Below, one piece after another: positions 9,615-21,037 of a stretch of 64,000 nt of DNA. The stretch comes from Actinomycetota bacterium (GTDB lineage Bacteria; Actinomycetota; Actinomycetes; Mycobacteriales; Mycobacteriaceae): the NCBI GenBank assembly GCA_036338755.1, contig JAYZBN010000007.1, forward strand, positions 3,702 to 67,701, in the 5' to 3' direction. The notes beneath the pieces were generated by a model. The model did no database searches. It worked only from the letters and a program-made list of their open reading frames with translations, and was not told where the DNA came from. The first letter of the stretch is position 1; every line of letters starts with the position of its first letter. A program made the position numbers and the translations under genes.

Positions 9615-10213
9615 CGCCGCACCCCGTGCACGACGATCGCCGTGGTTTGCTCCACCCACGCGTCGTCGAGTTCTTCTTCCGGGCGCAGCAGCATCCGCAG
9701 CATCGTCGCACCCCCGATCAACTCGATCAGTCGGTCCGGATCCACATCGGGATGGGCTTCGCCCCGGTCGACCGCCTCGCGCAGCCGCACCCGCACCGCG
9801 GTGAACAGGTCCACGAATCGCGACATCACCCGCGCGTTGAGCGCGGGGTCGGCGGTCATGTCGGCGACCAGACCGGGCAGCGCGGCGCGCACCACCGGGG
9901 TGGTGAACACGTCGCGCGTGGCCTCGATCATCATCCGCATGTCGGCGGCGATATCCCCGGCCGGCGACTCCAGCGCGGTCGGGGCCGTCGGGAAGGCCGC
10001 CTCGTGCACCAACTCAGCCTTGCTCGACCAGCGCCGGTACAGCGCGGATTTCGTGGTGCCGGCGCGCTCGGCGACCGCCGCCAGACTGATGTTGGAATAG
10101 CCCGTTTTGACCAGCAGTTCGGCGGTCGCCGATAGGATCGCCGAGTCGATACGCGGATCGCGCGGGCGGCCGGCGCCGGAGGCCTTGTCAAGGCCGGACG
10201 GGTCTGCTTTCAT
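9611..10213 (-). CDS. TetR-family transcriptional regulator (Rv3167c position)
   Basis: N-terminal TetR HTH (GYSNISLAAVAERAGTTKSALYRRW). Diverges from the phosphotransferase gene across a gap of only 46 bp. Confidence 0.9.
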   Translation of the reverse strand: MKADPSGLDKASGAGRPRDPRIDSAILSATAELLVKTGYSNISLAAVAERAGTTKSALYRRWSSKAELVHEAAFPTAPTALESPAGDIAADMRMMIEATRDVFTTPVVRAALPGLVADMTADPALNARVMSRFVDLFTAVRVRLREAVDRGEAHPDVDPDRLIELIGGATMLRMLLRPEEELDDAWVEQTTAIVVHGVRR

Positions 10214-10235
10214 AACGCTACCTACCGTATCGTAA

Positions 10236-11395
<1,160 letters not shown>

Positions 11396-11396
<1 letters not shown>

Positions 11397-12511
11397 TGCT
11401 CGGACCGCTCGACGAGTTCCCGGTACATCAGATTCCCCAGCCGATAGCGTGGCCGGGCTCCTCGGACCGCAACTTCTACGACCGCTCCTACTTCAACGCC
11501 CACGACCGCACCGGAGACATCTTCGTGATCAGCGGCATCGGCTACTACCCCAACCTCGGGGTCAAGGATGCGTTCCTGCTCATCAGGCGCGGCGACACCC
11601 AGACCGCCGTACACGTTTCCGACGCCATCGACCAAGACCGGCTCAACCAACGCGTCAACGGCTACCGCGTCGACGTCATCGAGCCGCTACACCAGCTACG
11701 GATCGTCCTCGACGAAACCGAAGGCATCGCAGCCGATCTCACCTGGAAGGGGCTTTTCGACGTCGTTCAGGAGCAGCCGCACATCCTGCGATCGGGCAAC
11801 CGAGTCACGCTGGACGCGCAACGTTTTGCACAGTTGGGCAGCTGGAGCGGACACATCATCGTCGACGGTGAGGAAATCGCCGTCGATCCCAAGACGTGGC
11901 TGGGCAGCCGCGATCGGTCCTGGGGCATCCGTCCGATCGGCGAGGCCGAGCCCGCGGGCCGTCCCGCGGATCCGCCCTTCGAGGGCATGTGGTGGCTGTA
12001 CGTACCAATGGCTTTCGACGATTTCGCGATCGTGCTGATCATCCAGGAGGAGCCCAACGGGTTCCGCTCGCTCAACGACTGCACCCGGATCTGGCGCGAC
12101 GGCCGCGTCGAGCAGCTGGGCTGGCCGCGGGTCAAGATCCACTACCGCTCCGGCACCCGTGTCCCGACCGGCGCGACCGTCGACGCCACCACCCCAGACG
12201 GCACCCCGGTGCACTTCGACATCGAGTCCAAACTGCCGGTGCCCATTCACGTCGGCGGCGGTTATGGCGGTGACTCCGACTGGACACACGGCATGTGGAA
12301 GGGCGAGAAGTTTGCCGAGCGCCTGACCTACGACATGACCGATCCGGCCATCATCGGGCGAGCGGGCTTCGGCGTGATCGACCACGTCGGCCGCGCGGTC
12401 TGCCGTGACGGGGACCGCGAGCCGGTCGAGGGCTGGGGCCTCTACGAACACGGTGCGCTGGGCCGGCACGATCCCTCTGGATTCAAAGATTGGCTGACGG
12501 TCGCGCCATAG
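11396..12511 (+). CDS. Conserved hypothetical protein (Rv3169 position)
   Basis: The ATG overlaps the upstream TAA stop codon (TAATG at 11394-11398). 371 aa with good coding bias. Function unknown. Confidence 0.7.
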
Positions 12512-12601
12512 CCGCAGGGTGGCCGCGGCGAGGCCGGGAGACGCTCCGACAGCTTGCACAATTTGCGGTGAAATCCGTCGAAATGCGGTTCACTGGACCG
12601 C

Positions 12602-13948
12602 GTGCCGAAACCCCCGCGGATTGTCGACATTGTCGTGGTCGGTGCGGGCTTTGCCGGACTCGCCGCGGCCCGCGAGCTGTCTCAACAGGGCCACGACGTG
12701 GTGGTCTTCGAGGGGCGTGACCGAGTCGGTGGGCGGTCGCTGACCGGCAGCGTCGCAGGCTTGCCGGCCGATCTGGGCGGCACTTTCGTCGGGCCGACCC
12801 AGGACGCGGTCTTGGCGATGGCGGCCGAACTCGACGTCCCGACCACGCCGACCCACGATGACGGCAAGAACCTCATCCATTGGCGCGGGTGGACGCACGC
12901 CTATCACGGCACCATCCCCAAGCTTTCGCTGACCGGGCTGCTGGACATCGGCCGGCTGCGGTGGCAGTTCGACCGGATCGCCCGCAGCATCCCGCTGGCG
13001 GCGCCGTGGGATGCCCGCCGTGCCCGCGAACTCGACGGCTTGTCGCTCGGCGGCTGGTTGCGCTCCGTGCGCGCGACCGCCTCGTCGCACGACCTGCTGG
13101 CGATCGTGGCGCGGGTGACGTGGGGGTGTGAACCCGACGACGTGTCGATGTTGCACGCCGCCCGTTACGCGCACGCGGCCGGTGGCCTGGACCGGCTGCT
13201 CGACGTGAAGGACGGTGCCCAACAAGATCGCTTTCCCGGTGGCACACAACAGATCGCCGAGGCCGCGGCCGCCGACCTGGGCGCCCGGGTGGTCCTCAAC
13301 GCTCCGGTTCGCCGAATCGAACGGCACGGTGCGGGCGTGACCGTGACGACCGATCTCGGCGCGACCGAGGCGGGATTCGTCATCGTGGCGATCCCGCCCG
13401 CCCACCGCGCCTCGATCGAGTTCGCGCCCCCGTTGCCCGCCGAATACGAGCAACTCGCCCTGCATTGGCCGCAGGGCCGGCTCAGCAAGGCGTACGCGGC
13501 CTATTCCACGCCGTTTTGGCGGACCAACGGATTTTCCGGACAGGCGCTGTCCGACGAGGGTCCCGTCTTCATCACCTTCGACGTCAGTCCGCATCCGGAG
13601 GGTCCCGGAATTCTGATGGGTTTCGTCGACGCCCGCGCGTTCGACTCGCTACCCGGCGATCAGCGCCGCCGTGACGCATTGCGCTGCTTTGCAACGCTTT
13701 TCGGCGATGATGCGCTCAATCCCCTCGATTATGTCGATCATCGTTGGGGGGCGGAGGAATTCGCGCCCGGCGGCCCAACCGCCGCGGTCCCGCCGGGGTC
13801 GTGGACGCGGTTCGGGCCGTGGCTGCGCGAACCGGTCGGGCCGATTCACTGGGCCGGCACCGAAACCGCCGACGAGTGGACCGGGTTTCTCGACGGGGCG
13901 ATCCGCTCCGGGCAGCGCGCCGCCGCCGAGATCACCGCCCTGCTATGA
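12602..13948 (+). CDS. aofH: Flavin-containing amine oxidase
   Basis: FAD dinucleotide fold [18 protein letters not shown]...GGR. 448 aa, the same length and genomic position as M. tuberculosis AofH (Rv3170). Confidence 0.9.
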   Translation: MPKPPRIVDIVVVGAGFAGLAAARELSQQGHDVVVFEGRDRVGGRSLTGSVAGLPADLGGTFVGPTQDAVLAMAAELDVPTTPTHDDGKNLIHWRGWTHAYHGTIPKLSLTGLLDIGRLRWQFDRIARSIPLAAPWDARRARELDGLSLGGWLRSVRATASSHDLLAIVARVTWGCEPDDVSMLHAARYAHAAGGLDRLLDVKDGAQQDRFPGGTQQIAEAAAADLGARVVLNAPVRRIERHGAGVTVTTDLGATEAGFVIVAIPPAHRASIEFAPPLPAEYEQLALHWPQGRLSKAYAAYSTPFWRTNGFSGQALSDEGPVFITFDVSPHPEGPGILMGFVDARAFDSLPGDQRRRDALRCFATLFGDDALNPLDYVDHRWGAEEFAPGGPTAAVPPGSWTRFGPWLREPVGPIHWAGTETADEWTGFLDGAIRSGQRAAAEITALL

Positions 13949-14908
13949 GCTGATACGGCGGGTGGCCGCGTTGTGGACCGCCATTTCGGCGAGTCCGCGC
14001 AAGTGGCGATTCACCTCACGCGGGTGTTCCAGCATCGAGCAGTGGCCGCCGGGCAGTTCAACCAGCTCGATCAGGTTGGGCGCGCAGCGAGCGATCCTGC
14101 GGGACTGGCTGATCGGGGTCAGCCGGTCGAGTGCGCTGCCGATGACCAACGTCGGCACGGTCAGCCCGTCCAGATTCAAATGCCGCGACCCCAGTGCGGT
14201 CACCAGCGCCCGCGCACACCCGGCCCGTCCCGCCGGTGAGGTGTTCTCGAACAGCTCGCAGACGAGCCTGGCGACACTCGGGTCGGCGTCTCGTCCGGTG
14301 GCCAGCATCGCCACCGCATACCGGCTCGGGATACGTGCCGCACGCGGGAGCGGGAACCCGCCGAACGCGTTGATCAGGGCGCGCCCGGCGAGAACCCGGG
14401 CCGGCGACAACCCGTAGGGCGCCCGCAACAGCTGCACCTGCCGGATCAGGTCACCGGTGGTGGTGTTGATCAGCGCGACGGCGTCGGCGCGCCGGGGAAC
14501 CTTGTGGCGGTAGCGCTCAGACCACGCGGCGATGGTGATGCCGCCCATCGAGTGACCCGCCACCACGGCCCGTTCGTGCGGCGCCAGGGTCGCATCCAGC
14601 ACCGAATTCAGGTCGGAGGCAAGATGTTTGAGGCTGTAGTCCTTGCGTCCCGGTACGCCACTTCGTCCATGGCCGCGATGATCGAATGCGATCACCCGGT
14701 AGTCGTTGGACAAGTCGGCGATCTGATATGCCCACGCCCGTATCGCGCAGGTGATGCCGTGGATCAAGACAATCGGATAACCGTCGGGCGGCCCGAACAC
14801 CTCCGCGTGCAGCCGGGTGCCGTCGGCGGCCCTAACAGCCACGGTCTCACTCGGCGGCAGCCGGTCGGGGAACGGGTCAACTGGGCGAGCCGACCGTCGA
14901 GCACTCAT
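13943..14908 (-). CDS. hpx: Alpha/beta hydrolase (non-heme haloperoxidase-like, Rv3171c position)
   Basis: HG oxyanion motif (LIHGIT) and nucleophile elbow GHSMGG. Its 3' end overlaps the aofH 3' end convergently by 6 nt. Confidence 0.8.
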   Translation of the reverse strand: MSARRSARPVDPFPDRLPPSETVAVRAADGTRLHAEVFGPPDGYPIVLIHGITCAIRAWAYQIADLSNDYRVIAFDHRGHGRSGVPGRKDYSLKHLASDLNSVLDATLAPHERAVVAGHSMGGITIAAWSERYRHKVPRRADAVALINTTTGDLIRQVQLLRAPYGLSPARVLAGRALINAFGGFPLPRAARIPSRYAVAMLATGRDADPSVARLVCELFENTSPAGRAGCARALVTALGSRHLNLDGLTVPTLVIGSALDRLTPISQSRRIARCAPNLIELVELPGGHCSMLEHPREVNRHLRGLAEMAVHNAATRRISS

Positions 14909-15006
14909 GTTTCCGCTCCCCCCTCGAACGCGGCCCCATTGCCGCAGCTAAGGATGAGACGATCTTATGCCTGGAGTCGGTCCGCTTTTGGCGAATCCGG
15001 CAACCG

Positions 15007-15018
15007 ATTCTTAAGAAA
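15007..15018. promoter_or_regulatory. AT-rich palindromic motif ATTCTTAAGAAA (core TTCTTAAGAA), copy 1
   Basis: Perfect 10-bp palindrome in the hpx upstream region. An identical 12-mer (reverse complement) recurs at 29447-29458. Confidence 0.3.
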
Positions 15019-15021
15019 TGC

Positions 15022-16098
15022 TTAGACCTGCTGCCGCAGCGTGGTGTGCGGGCTCTGGCCGTACGTCTGCCGGTAGAGCACCGCGAACCGTCCGGTGTGG
15101 GCGAATCCCCACCGCTGCGCGATCTCGGTGACCGTCGCCGTAGTACTTGTCGCCGCGATCAGCTCTTGATGGGCGTGGCTGAGCCGGACACGGCGCATGT
15201 ACTCCGTCGGCGTCGTGTCGAGCTGCCGGCGGAACAGGTACTGGACTGCCCGGGGCGTCAGATGCACGGCGGCGGCGACTTCGTTGATGCCGATGTCCTC
15301 TGCTGTGTGGCGATGGATGAAAGACACCGCCTCCTTGAGGGTCTCGGGCAGCGCGAGATCACTGGCCGGGTCTTGCTCGGTGAGATTGGACGGATAGCAC
15401 TCGAGCAGCGCACCGGCGAGCAGGTTGGCCATGCCTGCCGCGATCAGCGGCTGGTGCGCGATGTCAGCGGAGGCCAAGGTGCCGGCCACGTAATCCAGCG
15501 CTCGGTGCCAGGCCCGCACGGCGGCACGGGAACGCGGCCGCCAATTCACGAACTGAGTCTGCTGCCCTAGCGACGTCTGCCAATCCGCGGCGACTTTGTT
15601 CAGCACGTCAGCCTCGACGGTCACCGCGTCGAACCGCGCGCCATTGCAGTGCAATACGCAGGGCATCCCGTGAGCGACGAGAATCGGGAAGTCCGCATCA
15701 GCAACGGGGCCGCCCGCGACACTCAACGATCCCGCGCGCGGCTGGATCACCATGGTGTCGGCGGCCGGGATTTCGAGCGTCACACGCCCCTGGATCATCA
15801 CCTCGTCGACCATCATCGAGCCGGCTTCACTGCGCCGGTGCGACACCGCAACGTGGCCGGTAAGCCCGGAGATGCGCCAGCCCGGCTGATACGCGCCGGC
15901 GAAGAACCGCCGCGCGGCTTGCGCATCGGCGGTGCGAAACTGCTTGTATTGCACGACAACCGGACGGAACCCGTGCTCGGCATCCGGCGTGGGACGATTC
16001 GGGCAGTAGTCGGATCGAGGCCCGTCGGGCGACTCGCCGGCAGAACCGATGACGACCCTGGCGGCTTTGCCGTCGATCCCGCTCGTCGCGATGGTCAT
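15022..16098 (-). CDS. AraC-family transcriptional regulator
   Basis: C-terminal double HTH (INEVAAAVHLTPRAVQYLFRR...IAQRWGFAHTGRFAVLYRQTYGQSP). Confidence 0.85.
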   Translation of the reverse strand: MTIATSGIDGKAARVVIGSAGESPDGPRSDYCPNRPTPDAEHGFRPVVVQYKQFRTADAQAARRFFAGAYQPGWRISGLTGHVAVSHRRSEAGSMMVDEVMIQGRVTLEIPAADTMVIQPRAGSLSVAGGPVADADFPILVAHGMPCVLHCNGARFDAVTVEADVLNKVAADWQTSLGQQTQFVNWRPRSRAAVRAWHRALDYVAGTLASADIAHQPLIAAGMANLLAGALLECYPSNLTEQDPASDLALPETLKEAVSFIHRHTAEDIGINEVAAAVHLTPRAVQYLFRRQLDTTPTEYMRRVRLSHAHQELIAATSTTATVTEIAQRWGFAHTGRFAVLYRQTYGQSPHTTLRQQV

Positions 16099-16132
16099 GG
16101 CCGGCCTTGCACAAGGACCGCGTGCGCTCGCA

Positions 16133-17305
16133 TCACCGCGCCGCCGTCGGTCGCAAACCTGCCCGATCCGGCGACCCGATGCTTCCGTAGATGCTCAGCG
16201 CATCGAGCGCTATTCGCTCCCACGCGAAGCGCGACACGGCGCGGGTTCGGCCCGCCGCGCCCATGCTCTCGCTTTGAAATCTTTGGCTCACAAGCTTTCT
16301 CAACGCCACAGCCAAGGCCGCGGGGTTCTCCGGCGACACCATGACGCCGGTGATGTCGTCCAGCACGACGTCGGCCAGGACTCCCACAGTGGCCGCGGCT
16401 ACCGCCATCCCGGTGGCCATGGCCTGTAACACGGCGGTGGCGCGTGGTGGCTGCCGAGGCGTGCACACCGCGACGTCGACGGACCGCATCAACTTCGGCA
16501 GTTCGTCATCGCTGACGGTTCCGGCAAAGCGGATGCGGTCGCCCACGCCCAGCTCCACAGCAAGATGTCGCAGCCGAGCCCGCGCGTCGTTGTGGACACC
16601 GTTCGTGGCGTCATTCTCCGCGATCACCAGCTCCGCACCAGGCACGTTAGGCAGGGCACGGATGGCGATATCGATACCGTTGCACCGCAAAGGGTTTGGT
16701 GTCGCGCAGAGGATGCGTTGCAGGCCGTTGCGCGAGGCCATCGGACCGATGGGCGAGTAGCGCGACGCGTCCACGCCGCAGGTCAGGGCGGACACTCGGG
16801 CGCGGCTATGCCGCAGCCGGGCCAGCGCGTCGACGTCGTCGCTGCTCTCGCCCGTTACCCATGCCGCACTGCGCGCCAGGAGCGGCTCGAGGCGCAGTCG
16901 TTCGCTGTGATGTTCCGCGTCGGCCTGTCCGCGCGACGTCGCGGCCAAACCCAGAAATGTCTGCACCACGGGGATGCGCCGACGACGAGCCGCCAATTGA
17001 GCAGCCACCCCGGCCAGCCAGCCATAGGCGTGCACGACGTCGGGTTGTTCTCTGGACCAGGCGCGCTCGAGTTTGGCGGCCCATTCCCCCACATAGGGCA
17101 AGACCTCGACGGGCGGTGCGGCCCTGCGCGGGCCCACGGGAATCGACAGGCATCGGTAGTGGTCCTCGGCCGCCGCCTGTCCCGCGCGTCGACCGGCTCG
17201 CCGAAGGCACGCCGTCGCGTCGTGCCCCTGGGCTGCCAGGGCGGCGCACAGCTGCTCCGGGTCGTCCCCGACAACGTCGTCGCCGCTGACAATTGCAATC
17301 TTCAA
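16133..17305 (-). CDS. GT4-family (GT-B fold) glycosyltransferase
   Basis: Typical GT4 C-terminal half. Start set at the TTG at 17305 (MKIAIVSGD), which follows the RBS GGAGGG. The ORF stays open to 17344. Confidence 0.75.
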   Translation of the reverse strand: MKIAIVSGDDVVGDDPEQLCAALAAQGHDATACLRRAGRRAGQAAAEDHYRCLSIPVGPRRAAPPVEVLPYVGEWAAKLERAWSREQPDVVHAYGWLAGVAAQLAARRRRIPVVQTFLGLAATSRGQADAEHHSERLRLEPLLARSAAWVTGESSDDVDALARLRHSRARVSALTCGVDASRYSPIGPMASRNGLQRILCATPNPLRCNGIDIAIRALPNVPGAELVIAENDATNGVHNDARARLRHLAVELGVGDRIRFAGTVSDDELPKLMRSVDVAVCTPRQPPRATAVLQAMATGMAVAAATVGVLADVVLDDITGVMVSPENPAALAVALRKLVSQRFQSESMGAAGRTRAVSRFAWERIALDALSIYGSIGSPDRAGLRPTAAR

Positions 17306-17479
17306 CTGCAATTCCCTCCGCGCCCATCGTCCATCCGCCAACACTAGATTGAGATACCCTGCCCGATACTCGCGAAACGACGCGAGCGCATCTTCGCAGG
17401 CTGGCCCAGCTTTCGCCGGTCGACCCTTGTGTCCGCCGCAGCACTATGACGGCCTCTGCACAAGGAGGAGACTTGAGAG

Positions 17480-18388
17480 GTGACGACTGACGAGCATGGC
17501 CGAGGCGTCGAGCTGGTGGTCCTGCTGGCGTCGGCAGGCGGTCTGGAACCGCTGTCGACCGTATTGCGAGGTTTGCCCTCCGACTTTCCCGCCGCGGTCG
17601 TCGTGCAACAACACCTGGGCGGTCACCACAGTCTGCTGACCACGATCCTGCACAGGCACACGGGACGTGCGATCGGCTGGGCGCAGGACGGAATGGTGCT
17701 GCGGTCCGGGCAGGTGGTCGTCTGCCCACCGACGGTACTGCTGCAACTCGACCCCGACGGCCGCTGCCGCCTGCAGACTGCCCAGAGGCATCAGGCGCTG
17801 GTGTTCGACGTGCTGCTGGCGTCGGTCGCCGGCTCGTTCGGCCCGCGCAGCGTCGCCGTGGTGCTGTCAGGTTCCGGACATGACGGCGCGGCGGGCACCG
17901 TCGCGATGAAGCTGGCCGGCGCCGCCGTCATCGCCCAAAGCCCGGAGACGGCGCAGTACCCGTCAATGCCGATCGCTGCCGCCCGCGCCGGCGCCGACCT
18001 GGTGTTGGACGTCGCCGAAATCTCCGACGTTCTCATCGGCATTGTCCGAGGGGCGGCACTCCCCCCACGGCGCAAATCGTCGGCACCGACTCCGGAGGAC
18101 CGACCCGATGCCGTCCTCACCTACGACGTTCTCGACCGGCTGCCTCCGAAGTTTGCGACCAATAGCGCGGCGGCGCGGGGCGAGCTCGCCCGGCTGCGCG
18201 CGGCGGAGCTCGAACGCCGCCGCAAGGAGCTGACGGCGGGATTCGGTGCCACGCGGGAAACGGTCGCCATGGCCCGGCGTAGGGCGCAGGAGTCGCGGTC
18301 CCGCGCTCAGCTGGCTCACCAGGCGGCCGAGGAGGCAACCACCCGGTGGCCCACCACAGCAGCGGGCCACCCCATTGCGGGCGGCTAA
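17480..18388 (+). CDS. CheB-type protein-glutamate methylesterase domain protein with a coiled C-terminal tail, no receiver domain
   Basis: Catalytic-triad contexts are present: LLASAGG (Ser), VVQQH (His), SGSGHDG (Asp). RBS AAGGAGGAG lies upstream of the GTG start. The stop codon overlaps the convergent CheR-PAS stop codon. Confidence 0.8.
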   Translation: MTTDEHGRGVELVVLLASAGGLEPLSTVLRGLPSDFPAAVVVQQHLGGHHSLLTTILHRHTGRAIGWAQDGMVLRSGQVVVCPPTVLLQLDPDGRCRLQTAQRHQALVFDVLLASVAGSFGPRSVAVVLSGSGHDGAAGTVAMKLAGAAVIAQSPETAQYPSMPIAAARAGADLVLDVAEISDVLIGIVRGAALPPRRKSSAPTPEDRPDAVLTYDVLDRLPPKFATNSAAARGELARLRAAELERRRKELTAGFGATRETVAMARRRAQESRSRAQLAHQAAEEATTRWPTTAAGHPIAGG

Positions 18389-20226
18389 CCCACCACCTCC
18401 ATCAGCAGCAACGCCCCGCCGACCGTCCCCTCGATCGAACGGAACGACGTGCAGGTGATGCGCACGGTCGCCGGGCGGCCACGCCGGTTGACCGCCTCCA
18501 CCACGACTTCGCCGGAGCTCTCCGGGTCGACGAAAGCGTTGCCGATCAGCGGCCGCACAGCGTCGAGCGGTAGGCCGATGTCCAGATTTGTCAGCCCGGT
18601 CCCCGTCGTCTCATCTGCACGCAATCCCCAGAGCTCCTCACAGCCGCGGTTCCACAAGATCACCTTCATCTCGCGGTCGACCACCACCATGCCCATCTGC
18701 ACCGAGTCGATCAGCGAGTCCTGGAAATGCTTGGCTTCGTCGAGTTCCAGGCTGCGCTCGCGCAGCATGTCGTTGATGGTGTGCAGTTCGTCGTTGGTGG
18801 ACTGCAACTCCTCGTTCATCGTCTCGAGTTCTTCGTTGGTGGACTGCAATTCCTCGTTCGTGGTCTCGAGTTCCTCAACGGTGGACTGCAATTCCTCGTT
18901 GGTCGTTTCGAGTTCTTCGTTGGTGGACTGCAGCTCCTCGTAGGCGGCCTCCAGCTGGCGGTTGGTCTGGACGACCTTGTCGAGCAGCGCGCGGGTCGCG
19001 GTGACGTCGAAGAAGACGATCGACACGCCGAGCAGACCGTTCTCGGCGTCGACCAGTGGATTGACGTGGATCTCGAACCACACCGTTTCGGCGCCCGGGC
19101 GTTGCCATTTGACGTCTTGGATCCGCGCCGAGCGCCGCTCCACCTTGGCCTGCTCCAGGTACGCGCGCAGCTCGACCGGACGGTAGGACACCTCGAGATC
19201 GCGCAGCAGCCGGCCGATGTCGCGGGCCGAGAGCCCGAAGATGGACTCGGCCTGCTGGTTGATCATCGCGACGGTGTCTTCACCGGTGACCACGATCTGT
19301 GCCACCGGGCTGGCACGAAAGGCCAAGTCGCGCACCGTCGTCAGCCCAGACAGGTCGATGTTGCGTTCGTAGAACGCCGCGTTCGGGTCGTAGCGATCCA
19401 CGCCGCCGTGGGTTCCGGCCGCCTTGCGAAAGATGCGGTGCTTGAGGTTCAGCGGGGTGAACCTGTCTCCGTGACTCAGCAGCATCTCGGCATGCCCGAG
19501 AAACAGCGTGCCCTGCGGCGCAAGGGCAAAATGCAGACGCCCCAACACGTTTCGTTGGGTCTCCGCATTGAGGTACATCAGGCTGTTACGGCACACCAGG
19601 AGGTCGACGCGCTAAATCGGCGCGTCCTTGACCAGGTCGTTACGCCCGAAGATCACCGCGCGGCGCAGGTCCTTGTGAAACACGTAGCGGCCGTTGACGT
19701 GTTCGAAGTAGCGTTCCAACAGATCCGCGGGTACGGATTCGACCGCCTTGGCGTCGTAGGAGGCGATGCGCGCCTCGCTCAGCGCGTCCTCGTCGACGTC
19801 GGTGGCGTAGATCTTGACGCGCTGCCGGAATCCGTCGGGTCCCAGCGCCTCGGCCAGCAGCATGGCCAGCGTGTAGGCCTCCTGTCCGGAGGCGCAGCCG
19901 GCGCTCCACACCCGGATCGGATCGTTGGGGCCGCGCTCGGCCAGCAGCCGCGGGATGACCTCCGCGCTGACGAACTCCCAGGCATCCGGGTCCCGGAAGA
20001 ACGAGGTGACGTTGATCAGGATGGTGTTGAACAGCGCGGTGAATTCGTCGGAGCTGGCCTGCAGGAAATCGAGGTACTCGTCGAATGCGGTGTAGCCCGC
20101 CTGGTCCATCCGGTGGCGGACGCGGCGCATCAGAGAGGTGCGCTTGTAGCCGGTGAAGTCGAAGCCGCGCGAGTCCCGCATATAGCGCAGCAGGGCTTCG
20201 AACGCCTCGTCAGTCGTGGATTCCAT
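18385..20226 (-). pseudogene. CheR-type methyltransferase-PAS-coiled coil-PAS protein interrupted by one in-frame TAG
   Basis: ORFs 19612..20226 and 18385..19596 are in the same frame and separated only by TAG at 19612-19614: ...VKDAPI*RVDLLVCRNSLMYL... The stop codon sits inside the conserved CheR SAM-domain block. The upstream part carries VWSAGCASGQEAYTLA. Confidence 0.75.
18771..18939 (-). repeat. Coding tandem repeat: eight 21-bp heptads (42-bp super-unit x4) encoding EELQSTN/EELETTN
   Basis: Minus-strand translation reads EELQSTNEELETTNEELQSTVEELETTNEELQSTNEELETMNEELQSTNDELHTIN. The DNA units are visibly repeated (ctcgttggtggactgcaa.. / ctcgagttcttcgtt..). Confidence 0.85.
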
Positions 20227-20278
20227 CCAAGTCCCGTCGATAGGGGTGTATCGAAGGATTTGAACATTACTCGCGACG

Positions 20279-21037
20279 TCAGAAGTGGTTTTCCCGACCG
20301 ATCAATGCCCATACCGTTTTGCCCGACGAGGTCGGGGTCGCACCCCATGCCCGGCACATAGCGGCGACGATGGCCAGTCCCGAGACGACATCCGCGCCGA
20401 GGTCGGCATCTTCATGCCGCCCCGGCAGGTGGGAACTGCTGTCCTCCACAGCGACGGTGACTGTGTCTTGATAGCTCTCGACGATCAGCACCGGTGCGCT
20501 CTCCGTGTGGTCCAGAACGTTTTCGACGAGGACAGTGGCCAGTGTGGCAGCGACCGGTATCACCTCACTGATGTCCCACTGGGTGAGCCATTCGGCGATC
20601 ACACTGCGCGCGACCTGCAGGCTGCTGACGTTTCGCGCAAGGCTGGCGCGCGCCCGCCGACGGACCTGGAACAACCGGTCCTGCAGGGCATTTCGGGCGA
20701 GCTCCAGGCTGGCGTGTATCGGCACATAGCGGGTAACACCGGCGTTGATCATCTCCTGCTGCACCCACGCCTCGCCACACACGAGCAGGATCGGCACGTC
20801 CGGCCAGATGCTGACGTGCCAGCGGGCGCTGGTGAATACGGTCCATGCGGAAGCCGACGGCGCGCGCAGACGGTTGATGTCGACAATCACCGCACGGGGC
20901 TCGTCGATCGCGGCCTTGATGACGGCGTCGCGAACGGTCCGATAGGTCGAGCTGTCCAGCACGCCCTCGATGGTCAGGATCGGTAGGTCTTCTGAGGTTT
21001 CCAGCTCGATTCGGACCGCCGGTCGATCGTTACTCAT
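20279..21037 (-). CDS. STAS (anti-sigma antagonist-like) domain fused to an RsbW-like HATPase_c (anti-sigma kinase-like) domain
   Basis: Start at MSNDRPAVRIELE; the ATG overlaps the upstream CheB stop codon (ATGA, 21034-21037). N-terminal STAS fold (LTIEGVLDSSTYRTVRDAV...VIVDINRL). C-terminal N-box LVENVLDH, but the G1 box position reads VEDSSSH with no DxGxG. Confidence 0.7.
   Translation of the reverse strand: MSNDRPAVRIELETSEDLPILTIEGVLDSSTYRTVRDAVIKAAIDEPRAVIVDINRLRAPSASAWTVFTSARWHVSIWPDVPILLVCGEAWVQQEMINAGVTRYVPIHASLELARNALQDRLFQVRRRARASLARNVSSLQVARSVIAEWLTQWDISEVIPVAATLATVLVENVLDHTESAPVLIVESYQDTVTVAVEDSSSHLPGRHEDADLGADVVSGLAIVAAMCRAWGATPTSSGKTVWALIGRENHF

Noticed and set aside
18727-20361. 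544-aa ORF on the plus strand opposite the CheR-PAS gene
   Set aside because: This is a shadow ORF typical of high-GC DNA. It lies entirely antisense to a gene with clear CheR/PAS motifs. Its low-complexity repeats (GGLQLLV...) simply mirror the heptad repeat, and it has no RBS or recognisable domain.
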